DNA of 64,000 bases from positions 2,537 through 66,536 of the forward strand of contig CABXSA010000003.1 of assembly GCA_902514765.1 (NCBI GenBank). Direction: 5' to 3'. The translations under genes and the position numbers were made by a program. The DNA comes from an uncultured SAR86 cluster bacterium (GTDB taxonomy: Bacteria > Pseudomonadota > Gammaproteobacteria > Magnimaribacterales > AG-339-G14). Below, in pieces: positions 27,225-38,056 of this stretch (within the stretch, counting starts at the first letter, position 1; each line of letters opens with the position of its first letter). Under the pieces are notes generated by a model. That model made no database searches. It was not told the DNA's origin and saw only the letters and a list, made by a program, of their open reading frames with translations.

Positions 27225-28188
27225 TATTTTTTGAATTTTTTTCATAAGCCTCGATGATGCTTTGTACCAGGTTGTGTCTGACTACATCTTTGGATGCAAA
27301 ATGGAAAAAAGAGATTCCTTTTTGACCTTCTAAAATCTTTACAGCATCTGCTAGACCGGACATTTTTTTAGACGGTAGGTCTATTTGAGTAACATCTCCA
27401 GTAACAACCGCTTTGGAATTGAAGCCCAATCTTGTTAAAAACATTTTCATTTGCATGGAAGTACAATTTTGAGCTTCATCTAAAATTAAGAAAGCATCGT
27501 TTAAGGTTCTCCCTCTCATATAAGCCAAGGGTGCCAATTCAATATTCCCTCTTTCTATGAATTTGTTAACAGTTTCAAAGCCCAACATTTCATTCAAAGC
27601 ATCATAGAGTGGCTGCAAATATGGATCTACTTTTTGAGCCAAATCACCTGGCAAGAAGCCAAGTCTCTCACCAGCCTCTACCAATGGTCTAGTCAAAATA
27701 ATTTTATTAATTTTCCTCTGAATAAATAAATTCACAGCAACCGCGACAGCCAAATATGTTTTTCCAGTACCGGCTGGTCCGATGCCAAAAGAAATATCAT
27801 GAGAAGAGATAGAGTTGATAAAATCTTCTTGTGATTGGTTTCTTGGAATGACCTCTAATTTTGGTGTTGTAAGAGAAAAAGCGCTTTTTGACTCTAATTT
27901 AAAGTTTCTTGATTCTTTTGGCTGATTTAAAGCTTTGGAAATAAAGAAATGGATTTCTTTTGGGGAAATGTCTTTTGATTGGTCAGCGAAACTAAAGAGC
28001 TCTTCAATAACTAGTCGACCTTTTGTAATGTTTTGATCATCACCGGAAAGAGAAAATAAGCTGCCTCTATTTTTGATTTTAATTGAAAGAGAATCCTCTA
28101 TCTTTGATAAGTTAGAGTTAACTGGACCGCAAATTATTGATAGTTTTTTTGAATCGTCCGATTCAAGTTTGAATTTCAATTCAGACAT
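27214..28188 (-). CDS. phoH: PhoH-like ATPase (YbeZ)
   Basis: GPAGTGKTYLA, LGFLPGDL, YMRGRTL, LDEAQN. Confidence 0.95.
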   Translation of the reverse strand: MSELKFKLESDDSKKLSIICGPVNSNLSKIEDSLSIKIKNRGSLFSLSGDDQNITKGRLVIEELFSFADQSKDISPKEIHFFISKALNQPKESRNFKLESKSAFSLTTPKLEVIPRNQSQEDFINSISSHDISFGIGPAGTGKTYLAVAVAVNLFIQRKINKIILTRPLVEAGERLGFLPGDLAQKVDPYLQPLYDALNEMLGFETVNKFIERGNIELAPLAYMRGRTLNDAFLILDEAQNCTSMQMKMFLTRLGFNSKAVVTGDVTQIDLPSKKMSGLADAVKILEGQKGISFFHFASKDVVRHNLVQSIIEAYEKNSKNNED

Positions 28189-28191
28189 AAA

Positions 28192-29523
28192 TTAATTTAT
28201 TGTGCCTCCAGTAAAATTACCTCTAAGTGAGTTTGGTTTTGCCTCAACAATTTCTAAGTCAACAAAACTTCCAATCATGTTTTTAGCTGAGGAGAAATTA
28301 ACGACACGATTATTTTCCGTTCTAGCTTGGAATTCTCCTGGATTCCTCTTTGAAATGTCTGTGATTAAACACTTTTCCTTGGTACCTACCATTTTGCGAC
28401 TGATCTGATTGGAATAGTTATTTAACTTATTTTGGAGGATACTCAATCTTTCTTTTTTTTCATCTAGATGGACATCGTCTTCCATTTCAGCTGCTGGTGT
28501 ATTAGGTCTTGGGCTGTATATGAAACTAAAGGATTCATCGAACTTAACGCTATCGATGACATCCAAAGTATCTTGAAAGTCTTCTTTAGTCTCACCCGGA
28601 AAACCAACTATAAAATCTGAAGAAAAACTAATGTCGGGACGATTTGTTCTTATACGATTCACCAAATCCAAATAACTCTCTCGGGTATACCTTCTTCTCA
28701 TTAACTTCAAGATTCTGTCTGATCCGCTTTGAACCGGTAAATGTACATGGCTGACTAGCTCTGGAACATCAAGGTAGAGTTCTACAAGATCATCTTTAAA
28801 TTCAAACGGATGACTGGTAGTAAATCTTAGACGATCTATATTATCGATCTTTGCAGCATCTCTAATCAATTCCGCTAAAGAAGATTTTTCTCCGTCTTTT
28901 TCGCCTTTGAAATTATTTACATTTTGTCCTAAAAAGTTTATCTCTCTTACTCCTTGATCCGCCAACGATTGCACTTCTTTTAAGATATCATCAAACGGTC
29001 TGCTAACCTCATGCCCTCTTGTATGCGGGACCACACAAAAGGAACAATATTTATTGCATCCTTCCATGACAGAGACAAAGGCGGAAGGTCCTTCAGCTTT
29101 CGGCTCAGGAAAATGATCAAACTTTTCAATTTTTGGAAAAGAAATATCAAGCTTTCTTTTCCCGTCTTGTGAAGATTCTTCATACAAATCTGGGAGTTTA
29201 TGCAGAGTTTGCGGACCAAAGACAATGTCTACTGCAGGAGCTCTTTTAGAAATAGCTTCTCCTTCTTGGCTTGCAACACACCCACCAACAGCAATCTTTA
29301 GATTGGGATTATTGTCTTTCAAAGCTTTCCAGCGACCAACTTGATGAAACACCCTTTCTTGTGCTTTTTCTCTGATTGAACAAGTATTTAGAACTAATAA
29401 ATCTGCTTCTGCCTCATTTTCTGTAGTTTGAAAATTACTTTTCTTGCCAAGTAACTCGAGCATTTTGGCTGAATCATATTCATTCATCTGACAGCCATGG
29501 GTTTGGATAAAGACTTTCTTCAT
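28192..29523 (-). CDS. miaB: tRNA ms2i6A methylthiotransferase
   Basis: [34 protein letters not shown] domain. Confidence 0.97.
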   Translation of the reverse strand: MKKVFIQTHGCQMNEYDSAKMLELLGKKSNFQTTENEAEADLLVLNTCSIREKAQERVFHQVGRWKALKDNNPNLKIAVGGCVASQEGEAISKRAPAVDIVFGPQTLHKLPDLYEESSQDGKRKLDISFPKIEKFDHFPEPKAEGPSAFVSVMEGCNKYCSFCVVPHTRGHEVSRPFDDILKEVQSLADQGVREINFLGQNVNNFKGEKDGEKSSLAELIRDAAKIDNIDRLRFTTSHPFEFKDDLVELYLDVPELVSHVHLPVQSGSDRILKLMRRRYTRESYLDLVNRIRTNRPDISFSSDFIVGFPGETKEDFQDTLDVIDSVKFDESFSFIYSPRPNTPAAEMEDDVHLDEKKERLSILQNKLNNYSNQISRKMVGTKEKCLITDISKRNPGEFQARTENNRVVNFSSAKNMIGSFVDLEIVEAKPNSLRGNFTGGTIN

Positions 29524-29577
29524 ATCTTAAAAGGGATGGCAATTATAAAGAAAACGGAGAAAGATACAGTAAAAAAT

Positions 29578-30117
29578 TTAGTTTTTTGCAAAAAATTCAT
29601 CTCGGTAAAACCGCAATTCACTTATAGATTCAAAAACATCTGCTTTAGCACGATGAGCTACTTGCTTTGGTTGTGCCATTGTGACTTCGGGACGCCATCT
29701 TTTTGATACTTCTTTGAAAGAGCTAACGTCTATATTTCTGTAGTGAAAGTACTCTTCTAGTTGAGGCATATACAGTGTTAAAAACTTCCTATCATGGTGA
29801 ATTGTGTTTCCACAAAGCGGTGACTTATTTTTTCCCACATGTTCTTTTATAAAATTAAGGGTCCTAATCTCTGCATCCTCTTGAGAAATCTCACTCTTTT
29901 TAACTTCGTCTAATAATCCTGATCTAGAATGATGATCTTGATTCCAATCATCCATATTGTCTAAATATTCTGTTGGTTGCGATATTACGATATTTGGTCC
30001 TTCAATTACTTCTGTTAAATCTTCATTAGTAATGGCGGTGAAAATCTCTATAATTCTTTCGGATTGAGGTTCTAGACCAGTCATTTCTAAGTCTAGCCAA
30101 ATTAATTTGTTTTCCAT
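29578..30117 (-). CDS. orn: Oligoribonuclease
   Basis: WLDLEMTGL, PLCGN, HYRNIDVSS, HRAKAD..ESI. Confidence 0.96.
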   Translation of the reverse strand: MENKLIWLDLEMTGLEPQSERIIEIFTAITNEDLTEVIEGPNIVISQPTEYLDNMDDWNQDHHSRSGLLDEVKKSEISQEDAEIRTLNFIKEHVGKNKSPLCGNTIHHDRKFLTLYMPQLEEYFHYRNIDVSSFKEVSKRWRPEVTMAQPKQVAHRAKADVFESISELRFYRDEFFAKN

Positions 30118-30152
30118 ATGAATAAACTACAATACTAACAGATTCCAAAGAA

Positions 30153-30902
30153 ATGAGTAAAAACGAAAACAACGAAACCAACTTTGGTTATAAGAATGTA
30201 GATAAAACAGAAAAACCAGAAATGGTTAAGGGTGTTTTTAATTCTGTTGCTGAAAATTACGATCTTATGAACGACCTAATGTCTCTGGGGATTCATCGCT
30301 TATGGAAACGAGGCACAATCGAACTATCTAATTTAAAACAAGGTGATTCTGTTTTAGATGTCGCCGGAGGAACGGGAGATCTATCTATTTTAATGTCAGA
30401 TTTGGTAGGAGAGTCAGGTGAAATCATCCTCAGTGATATCAATGAGAAAATGTTAAAACTAGGCAAAGCAAGAAGTCTTGATAAAAATAAATTGAATATA
30501 AAAACTGCTGTTGCTGATGCTGAAAACCTCCCTTTTCCCGATAATAGATTCAATTGCATAACCATAGGTTTTGGAATTAGAAACGTAACGAATAAGCTCG
30601 AAGCCTTAAAAAATTTTTACAGATGTTTAAAACCTGGAGGTAGACTTTTAGTCTTGGAATTTTCAAAGCCTGAAGCTCCTTTGATATCTGACTTATACGA
30701 TTTCTATTCATTTAAGATTTTGCCTAAACTTGGAAAATTTTTTGCTCAAGATGAGGAAAGTTATCAATATCTTGCAGAATCAATCAGGATGCACCCATCG
30801 CAAGAAGAATTTAAACAAATGCTTGAGTCAGTAAATTTTAAAAATGTTTCCTATGACAATATGACAGCAGGCATAGTAACTCTTCATATTGCGGAAAAGT
30901 AA
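30153..30902 (+). CDS. ubiE: Ubiquinone/menaquinone C-methyltransferase
   Basis: YDLMNDLMSLGIHRLWK, LDVAGGTGD, SYQYLAESI. Confidence 0.97.
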   Translation: MSKNENNETNFGYKNVDKTEKPEMVKGVFNSVAENYDLMNDLMSLGIHRLWKRGTIELSNLKQGDSVLDVAGGTGDLSILMSDLVGESGEIILSDINEKMLKLGKARSLDKNKLNIKTAVADAENLPFPDNRFNCITIGFGIRNVTNKLEALKNFYRCLKPGGRLLVLEFSKPEAPLISDLYDFYSFKILPKLGKFFAQDEESYQYLAESIRMHPSQEEFKQMLESVNFKNVSYDNMTAGIVTLHIAEK

Positions 30903-30903
30903 A

Positions 30904-32439
30904 ATGGCTATTTTCAGTCTGATCCGCATCTCTTATATTTTTTGTAAATACAGATTGGATGAACTCTTTGATCCTTTGGCAAATAAAGTTCTTTTATCTC
31001 TTTTATTTTTTTTCCCAAAAATCTTCTTCAGGAAGCAAAGAGAAATTGAGTATCGTTTAAGCGATGCCTTAGAGGAGATGGGTCCGCTCTTTATAAAATT
31101 TGGTCAGCTTTTATCAACCAGACCGGATCTTGTTGGAGAAAAACAAGCAAGCGTCTTAAAAAAATTTCAAAACAACTTGAAACCTTTTTCAACAAAAGAG
31201 GCTATCAAAATAGTAGAGCAAGATTTGGAAAGTCCTATAGATCAAATTTTCGAGTCATTTAGCGAAGAACCGCTCGCTGCAGCTTCTATTGCTCAAGTGC
31301 ACGATGCAATTTTGAAGGACGGTGAATCGGTGGTTGTAAAAATTGTTCGACCCGGTTTGGATAAGAGAATTTCTGCTGATGTTAACTCAATAAAATTTTT
31401 AGGTGGTTTAGCTGAATTAATCCTCTCCGATGCTCGAAGATTAAAACTGATGGATTTGATAAGAGAATATGAATTGGTTATTACTGCTGAAACCGATCTA
31501 AAAAAAGAAGCAGCAAATGCCATCCAAACAAAAAACTTTTTCAAAGAAAATTCTCTTTTGTACATACCAGAGATTTATGAAAATTTCTCTTCAAAAAACG
31601 TTATGACCATGGAAAAAATTTCTGGAATACCTGTAACAGACATAGAGGTACTAAAAAAAGAAAACATAAATTTAAAAGCCCTAGCCGAAACAGGGGTGAA
31701 GATTTTTTTCAAACAACTTTTTGATGATAATTTTTTCCATGCCGATATGCATCCAGGAAATATTTTTGTAAACAATTCCAATCCTGATAATCCCACCTAT
31801 GTTGCTGTTGATTATGCTATTTGCGGTTCCTTAACCGAGAAAGAACAACTCATCATCGGCAAGATGCTTTCGGAAATGTTCAACAAAAATTATTCTGGGG
31901 TAGCCAAGACCATGATAAATGCCGGTTGGGTTGGCGAAGATACAAAAGAAGTTGAACTAGAAGTTGTGATAAGAACGGTTTTGGATCCAATTTTCGAGAA
32001 GCCCTTTGATGAAATTAAATTTGGAGAAATGTTGCTCTATTTATTCGATGCTACAAGAAAATTTGATTTATCCCTGCCGACTTCATTGTTATTGCTCAAC
32101 AAAACCTTGATCAACATTGAAGGGTTAGGAAGACAAATTTATCCAGAATTGGATTTGTGGACAACGGCCAAACCTTTTATTCAATCTTGGGTTGCAAAAA
32201 AATACAGCCCCAAAGCAATGTTTGAAAGATTTAAAAATGATTCTTTTGCTCTGGCAGAAAAAGCTTATGAACTTCCTGAAAAAATTGAAATCATATTAGA
32301 TAACTTGTCTAGATTAGAAGAGTACAACTCGGAAATAAAAAACTTAAAAAAAGAGATCAAGCAATCTAAAGACAATAATAAATTTATATACATAGGGATT
32401 ACTGCATTGCTTTTAATTGCCATAATAGTTAGCCAATGA
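30904..32439 (+). CDS. ubiB: Ubiquinone biosynthesis kinase-like protein
   Basis: GPLFIKFGQLLSTRPD, AAASIAQVH, FFHADMHPGN; ATG 30904. Confidence 0.95.
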   Translation: MAIFSLIRISYIFCKYRLDELFDPLANKVLLSLLFFFPKIFFRKQREIEYRLSDALEEMGPLFIKFGQLLSTRPDLVGEKQASVLKKFQNNLKPFSTKEAIKIVEQDLESPIDQIFESFSEEPLAAASIAQVHDAILKDGESVVVKIVRPGLDKRISADVNSIKFLGGLAELILSDARRLKLMDLIREYELVITAETDLKKEAANAIQTKNFFKENSLLYIPEIYENFSSKNVMTMEKISGIPVTDIEVLKKENINLKALAETGVKIFFKQLFDDNFFHADMHPGNIFVNNSNPDNPTYVAVDYAICGSLTEKEQLIIGKMLSEMFNKNYSGVAKTMINAGWVGEDTKEVELEVVIRTVLDPIFEKPFDEIKFGEMLLYLFDATRKFDLSLPTSLLLLNKTLINIEGLGRQIYPELDLWTTAKPFIQSWVAKKYSPKAMFERFKNDSFALAEKAYELPEKIEIILDNLSRLEEYNSEIKNLKKEIKQSKDNNKFIYIGITALLLIAIIVSQ

Positions 32440-32756
32440 AAAACATCGTAGAAAGATTAAGCGTCTTACTGAAGGAGCGTAAAAATACTGATCCTTCTTC
32501 ATCTTATGTAGCAAGTTTGTATGCCAAGGGAAATGAGAAGATTATCCAGAAAATAGCTGAAGAAACTGACGAATTAATTGCCGAAATAAATGAAGATCTT
32601 GAGAAAAATAAGGTTATTCATGAAGCAGCAGATTTATGGTTTCATGTCATGGTATTATTAACAAATAATGGAATTGACCCGACTGAAGTTTTAAAAGAGC
32701 TTGAAAAAAGGGAGGGTCTTTCTGGAATAGAAGAAAAAAAAGGAAGAAATAAATGA
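32436..32756 (+). CDS. hisE: Phosphoribosyl-ATP pyrophosphatase
   Basis: [31 protein letters not shown]. Confidence 0.95.
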   Translation: MKNIVERLSVLLKERKNTDPSSSYVASLYAKGNEKIIQKIAEETDELIAEINEDLEKNKVIHEAADLWFHVMVLLTNNGIDPTEVLKELEKREGLSGIEEKKGRNK

Positions 32757-32926
32757 GTTTTGTACCTGGGCCGATGGAATTGCTAATAATTCTTGGAATT
32801 ATTATTTTAATCTTCGGTACCAAAAAAATTAGAAATCTTGGTGGAGATTTAGGTTCTTTTGTAAAAGGGTTTAGAAAAGCTGTCAAAGACGAAGATAAAA
32901 GTTTAGACGACAAAAAAGAAGATTAA
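32753..32926 (+). CDS. tatA: Twin-arginine translocase TatA (57 aa; absent from ORF track)
   Basis: Hand translation [44 protein letters not shown]...; lies between hisE and tatB. Confidence 0.95.
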   Translation: MSFVPGPMELLIILGIIILIFGTKKIRNLGGDLGSFVKGFRKAVKDEDKSLDDKKED

Positions 32927-33133
32927 ATGTTCGATATAGGATTCTTTGAAATCTTATTAATTGGAATCATTGCTTTACTTATTTTGGGGCCTAAAAGATT
33001 ACCAGGATTTCTCACTAAATTTGAAGAGTATGTGAAGTTAATTCGTTCAAAAAGCGCTTCAATCTCACAAGAAATAAAACAAGAAATATATACAGAAGAT
33101 TTCCAAAAGGGTAAAAAAGACAAAGATGGCTGA
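32927..33133 (+). CDS. tatB: Twin-arginine translocase TatB (short)
   Basis: MFDIGFFEILLIGIIALLILGPKRLP. Confidence 0.93.
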   Translation: MFDIGFFEILLIGIIALLILGPKRLPGFLTKFEEYVKLIRSKSASISQEIKQEIYTEDFQKGKKDKDG

Positions 33134-33836
33134 AAAAAGTTATCTTGAACATTTAAACTCCCTTAGAAATGCTCTTTTAAGAAGCCTTGGAGCAATTGCT
33201 CTAATTTTTCTTGTTTTGATTTTTTTTAGAAATGAAATCTTTCTAATTTTTGCCAACCCCTTAACTGAAATCTTACCTGCTAATTCTTCGATGATTGCAA
33301 CTGGAGTGGTATCGCCCTTTTTGACTCCTTTAAGACTTACTTTCTATGTAGCAACATTTGTAGCTATCCCATATTTACTTTTTGAATTATGGAATTTCAT
33401 TGCACCAGGCTTGTATAAAGAAGAAAGAATAGGATTTTTTGGAGTTTTATTTTCCAGCATAATTTTATTTCTTGCGGGTATTTGTTTTGCTTTTTTTGTT
33501 ATTTTTCCCATAATTTTTAGTTTTTTCATTCAAGCCTCTCCTTCGGAAGTTTTGGTAATGACCGACATCAATGAATACATTGATTTTATTGTCAGAATTC
33601 TTTTTGTCTTTGGCTTTGCTTTTGAGGTACCAATTGTTTTGATGCTGATGATTTGGTCAGGCGTGACAAATAGCCAGCAACTCTCTAGTGCCAGACCTTA
33701 TGTGATCATAGGATGTTTTGTTGTGGGAATGTTGCTTACACCTCCCGACATTTTTTCACAAATTCTTTTGGCTCTTCCTGTCTGGCTGCTTTATGAAGTG
33801 GGACTTTTAGCTAGTAGATTTTTTATAAACAAATAA
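33126..33836 (+). CDS. tatC: Twin-arginine translocase TatC
   Basis: HL..LR, FIAPGLY..E, FGFAFEVP, LTPPD..SQ. Confidence 0.96.
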   Translation: MAEKSYLEHLNSLRNALLRSLGAIALIFLVLIFFRNEIFLIFANPLTEILPANSSMIATGVVSPFLTPLRLTFYVATFVAIPYLLFELWNFIAPGLYKEERIGFFGVLFSSIILFLAGICFAFFVIFPIIFSFFIQASPSEVLVMTDINEYIDFIVRILFVFGFAFEVPIVLMLMIWSGVTNSQQLSSARPYVIIGCFVVGMLLTPPDIFSQILLALPVWLLYEVGLLASRFFINK

Positions 33837-33840
33837 AAGG

Positions 33841-34848
33841 TTATCCTTCGAAAGTTTCTGACCACTCACCTTTTGCTGCTAAGGTATTCATTTTAGCTCT
33901 ATGGTTAAAAGCTTCTTGCGCAGCTTGCTCGTTTTCTTGTTTGCCACTCCAAGTTTTGAGAGCAGCCTGTTGTAAAGCACGGCCATAAGAAAAACTAAGC
34001 TTCCAAGGATTTCCACCAATTCTGTTCATAGCATCTAGATGAGCGGTAGCGTTAATATCGGATTGTCCTCCAGAAAGAAATGTAATTCCTGGAAGATTGC
34101 TAGGTACATTTTGCAATAAACAATTAAGTGTCATTTCTGCAACTTGTTGGATTCCAGCTTGCATCGAACATTCATTTCCTGAGACCACCATATTGGGTTT
34201 TAAAATGGTTCCTTCTACCAAAACGCTTTTCTCTGCCAAAGATTCAAATAGCGTGCTCAAACATCTTTTAGTTGCGTCTTCACAAGATTCTATGGAGTGA
34301 CTCCCATCCATCAAAACTTCAGGCTCGACAATTGGAACCATATTATTTTCCTGAACTATTTTTGCATAATCAGCAAGAGCATCCATGTTTGCTTTGATAG
34401 CTACTTGAGAAGGCAAACGGTCTGCAATTTTTATAACAGCGCGCCACTTGGTAAATTTAGCACCAAGATCAAAATATTCTGCACATCTCTCATTAAGTCC
34501 ATCTAAGCCCCCAGTGATATTTTCTTCAGGAGAGGTATCAAGTGGGCTGATTCCCTTGTCTACCTTAATACCCGGCAATGCACCTTGTTCGGAAATTATA
34601 TCTTTTAGAGGGGTGCCATCTTTTGCGTCTTGTCTCAAAGTTTCATCAAATAAAATAACTCCACCAATATTATTTTTCATTCCATCAGCTCTAAAAAGCA
34701 TTTCACGATAATCCCTTCTAGAGTCTTCCGTTGACTCAGCATTTATTGTTGCAAATCTTTTCCCTATTGTTGGGGTACTCTCATCAGCAGCCAGTATGCC
34801 CTTTCCATCAGAAACAATATAAGTTGCAATTTCTTCCAGTGATTTCAT
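33841..34848 (-). CDS. fba: Class I (eukaryote-type) fructose-bisphosphate aldolase
   Basis: GKGILAADES, FTKWRAV, VPIVEPEV, LKPNMV, FLSGGQS, FSYGRALQ. Confidence 0.95.
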   Translation of the reverse strand: MKSLEEIATYIVSDGKGILAADESTPTIGKRFATINAESTEDSRRDYREMLFRADGMKNNIGGVILFDETLRQDAKDGTPLKDIISEQGALPGIKVDKGISPLDTSPEENITGGLDGLNERCAEYFDLGAKFTKWRAVIKIADRLPSQVAIKANMDALADYAKIVQENNMVPIVEPEVLMDGSHSIESCEDATKRCLSTLFESLAEKSVLVEGTILKPNMVVSGNECSMQAGIQQVAEMTLNCLLQNVPSNLPGITFLSGGQSDINATAHLDAMNRIGGNPWKLSFSYGRALQQAALKTWSGKQENEQAAQEAFNHRAKMNTLAAKGEWSETFEG

Positions 34849-34852
34849 ATTT

Positions 34853-36013
34853 CTATCCTTTATTTTTATTTATTATCTTATCTATACAAGGTAAGGAATT
34901 ATTTTCTATATATTCTAAGAAAGCTCCTCCTGCAGTGGAAGCATAATCTACAGAATCCATTAAATTAATATTTGCAAAAGAGGTAATGGTCTCCCCGCCG
35001 CCAATAATGCTATAGGCTTTAGATTCCGACATAATTTTTGCTACCTCAGAAGTCCCTTCAGAAAATCTTGGATCTTCAAACTTACCCAAAGGGCCGTTCC
35101 AAAAAACAGTTTTAGCGGATTTAATATGCTTTTGAAAATACTCCAAAGATTTTTTACCCACATCGCAGATAGATTCATGACTTGCTATATCATCAATATG
35201 CTTTTCAAGTACGGAATCGTTAGACGTATCTAAAACTACGACATTTTCTGGCAATACAATCTTCTCATTACCAACTAATTTTTCTGCCACACCTAAATAA
35301 TCTTCTTCAAATAAGGATTTTCCTATGTTTTTTCCCATTGCCTTGTAACAGGTATTTGCAAGAGCGCCGCCAATTATTAATTTATCTACATAAGAAGTAA
35401 GTGAATCAATAACATTGATTTTGGTTGAGATCTTTGATCCTCCAATAATACCAATCAGAGGTTTTTTTGGATTTACCAAAATCTTTTTCAAAGCCTCTAG
35501 TTCATCTTCAACCAAGAAACCAACTCCTGATTCAGCTACTGAATCGATTACGCCAAAAGTTGACGATTGCTTACGATGGGCTGTCCCAAAAGCATCCATG
35601 ATATAAACATCTCCATGTTTACCTAATGCTTTTGCAAGATTTTCAGAATTATCTTTTTCGCCTTGAAAAAACCTTATGTTTTCTAACATGATAATTTTTT
35701 TGTCTTGTTCTAAGTCCTCTAAAGAATCAGCGATTGGAACAGGAATATCTATCAATTCTGAAAGTCTATTTGCAATTGGTTTGACAGAAAATTCAGGCTC
35801 AATTTCTCCTGATTCTGAAGGTCTTCCACGATGCGTTATGATCCTGAGAGATTTTGATTTTTCTAATAAATAATTAATGGTTGGTAAAGCCCTAATCATT
35901 CTCTCATCATTAAGTACTTCTTCGCCTTTAATTGGAATGTTGAAATCTACTCTGAGGAGAACTCTTTTTCCTGCAAAATCAAAAGAGGGTAATTTTGAAT
36001 TTGTTAAATCCAC
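34853..36013 (-). CDS. pgk: Phosphoglycerate kinase
   Basis: RVDFNIP, LENIRF, DAFGTAHR, WNGPLG. Confidence 0.95.
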   Translation of the reverse strand: MDLTNSKLPSFDFAGKRVLLRVDFNIPIKGEEVLNDERMIRALPTINYLLEKSKSLRIITHRGRPSESGEIEPEFSVKPIANRLSELIDIPVPIADSLEDLEQDKKIIMLENIRFFQGEKDNSENLAKALGKHGDVYIMDAFGTAHRKQSSTFGVIDSVAESGVGFLVEDELEALKKILVNPKKPLIGIIGGSKISTKINVIDSLTSYVDKLIIGGALANTCYKAMGKNIGKSLFEEDYLGVAEKLVGNEKIVLPENVVVLDTSNDSVLEKHIDDIASHESICDVGKKSLEYFQKHIKSAKTVFWNGPLGKFEDPRFSEGTSEVAKIMSESKAYSIIGGGETITSFANINLMDSVDYASTAGGAFLEYIENNSLPCIDKIINKNKG

Positions 36014-37987
36014 TTAAATTATTTTATTAATTTGTTTGATTATATTTTCGACTGTAAAACCGAAGTGGTCCATCAAATCATCTATTGGAGCAGATTCGCC
36101 AAATTTATCGATACCAACTACCTGATCATCTCCCTCACAATACTTTTTCCAAAAGTCGCTTTGACCTGCTTCGATAAAAATCTTTGGCAACTCTCCTAAA
36201 GTTTCTTTTTGATATTCAAGTGATTGTTCATCAAATACTTCAGTACATGGCATTGAGACAACCCTTGATGAAATTTTTTGCTCTATAAGTTGATTTCTGA
36301 CCTTCATTGCCAAACTCACTTCTGAGCCAGAGGCAACCAAGGTTATTTTAGGATCTGGATCTGATGCGAGTTCATATCCACCTTGCAGAATTAAATCATT
36401 TTTTTCTCTTCGCTGAGCGTCCAATGACTGTCTAGATAATATCAGTGCTGAAGGTGCAGCTTTTGCTTCTAGTGCAAATTTCCATGCAAAAGTTGTTTCT
36501 ATGCCATCACAAGGACGCCAAGTGTAAATTCCAGGTGTTATTCTGAGCATTGAAATATGTTCTACTGGCTGATGGGTTGGACCATCTTCACCGACCCCAA
36601 TAGAGTCGTGTGTATAGACGTAAATTATAGGTAATTTCATCAAGGCTGACATTCTTACAGCATTTCTTGCATAATCTAGAAAAGTAAGAAAGGTTCCTGC
36701 ATAAGGTCTAATACCGCCATGTAAGATCATGCCATTCATGATTGCCGACATACCAAATTCTCGAACGCCATAATTTAGATAATTTCCTGAACCGTCTTCC
36801 GCAAGATGAGAAGTACCCTTCCATTCAGTATTATTTGAAGGTGAAAGATCTGCTGATCCGCCAATCAACTCAGGCATGATTGGACCAATAGCATCCAAGC
36901 ACATGCCAGAACACTTTCTACTAGCATATGAATTTTCATCTTCAGAAAAATTCTTGATTAGATTTTCAATTGTAGACTCAAATTTACTTGGTAAGCTTCC
37001 GGTAATTAATCTATATAGCTCTTTGAAATCTCCAGGATAGTTTTTTTCAAAACCAGAGAGAGTTTTTTGCCATTCTTCTTCCTTTTTATTTCCTTCTTTT
37101 TTGTGATCCCAAGCCTCGTAAATTTCATCAGGAATTTCAAATGGTTCGTGTTGCCATTGTAGGTTTTCTCTTGTGAGTTTAATTTCTTCTTCTCCAAGTG
37201 CTGCTCCATGAGCATCTGCTGAACCTGACTTATTAGGAGATCCTTTTCCAATTTCTGTTTTACAACAAATGAGTGTTGGAAGATTAGATGATTTTGCATT
37301 TTCCAAAGCATTATCTATGCTTTTAAAATCATGCCCATCCACATCAGCAACTACATTCCATCCATAACTTTTAAATCTTTCGGGAGTGTTGTCTGTAAAC
37401 CAGCCCTCAACTTTGCCATCAATACTTATTTTATTGTCATCATACAAGACGATTAATTTATTAAGTTTATGAGTGCCGGCTAAAGAACAAACCTCGTGAG
37501 AGATACCCTCCATCAAACAACCATCGCCACAAAAAACGTAAGTGTAATGATCAATTATTGAGTGATCTTTTTTATTGAACCTCTTGGCAAGAATTTTTTC
37601 TGCCATTGCCATACCGACTGCGTTAGCTATGCCTTGACCAAGTGGACCGGTCGTTGTTTCCACTCCCGGGGTCACATCACATTCAGGATGTCCTGGAGTT
37701 TTTGATCCTAGTTGTCGGAAATTCTTCAATTCGTCCATGGAAAGGTCATAACCTGTCAAATGAAGAAGCGAATAAAGAAGCATAGATCCATGACCATTGG
37801 ATAAAACAAATCTATCTCTATCAAACCAATCAGGATTTGAAGGATTATATTTTAGATGTTTGGTCCACAAAACTTGTGCAATATCTGCCATTCCCATAGG
37901 CATTCCAGGATGCCCACATCCTGCTTTTTGAACTGCATCCATTGATAAAGCTCTTATAGCATTTGCTAGGTTTTGTTGATCAGTCAT
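36014..37987 (-). CDS. tkt: Transketolase
   Basis: [41 protein letters not shown]. Confidence 0.97.
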   Translation of the reverse strand: MTDQQNLANAIRALSMDAVQKAGCGHPGMPMGMADIAQVLWTKHLKYNPSNPDWFDRDRFVLSNGHGSMLLYSLLHLTGYDLSMDELKNFRQLGSKTPGHPECDVTPGVETTTGPLGQGIANAVGMAMAEKILAKRFNKKDHSIIDHYTYVFCGDGCLMEGISHEVCSLAGTHKLNKLIVLYDDNKISIDGKVEGWFTDNTPERFKSYGWNVVADVDGHDFKSIDNALENAKSSNLPTLICCKTEIGKGSPNKSGSADAHGAALGEEEIKLTRENLQWQHEPFEIPDEIYEAWDHKKEGNKKEEEWQKTLSGFEKNYPGDFKELYRLITGSLPSKFESTIENLIKNFSEDENSYASRKCSGMCLDAIGPIMPELIGGSADLSPSNNTEWKGTSHLAEDGSGNYLNYGVREFGMSAIMNGMILHGGIRPYAGTFLTFLDYARNAVRMSALMKLPIIYVYTHDSIGVGEDGPTHQPVEHISMLRITPGIYTWRPCDGIETTFAWKFALEAKAAPSALILSRQSLDAQRREKNDLILQGGYELASDPDPKITLVASGSEVSLAMKVRNQLIEQKISSRVVSMPCTEVFDEQSLEYQKETLGELPKIFIEAGQSDFWKKYCEGDDQVVGIDKFGESAPIDDLMDHFGFTVENIIKQINKII

Positions 37988-38004
37988 GAAATTAGAATGT
38001 TATT

Positions 38005-38036
38005 TTCTACTATTTCATGATGAGTTCATAGTAGAA
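38005..38036. promoter_or_regulatory. 9-bp perfect inverted repeat (TTCTACTAT-N14-ATAGTAGAA) in the tkt/metK divergent region
   Basis: Read directly; right arm overlaps a TAGAAT -10-like hexamer at 38032-38037. Confidence 0.5.
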
Positions 38037-38056
38037 TTGCTGACTTTATTGTTGTC

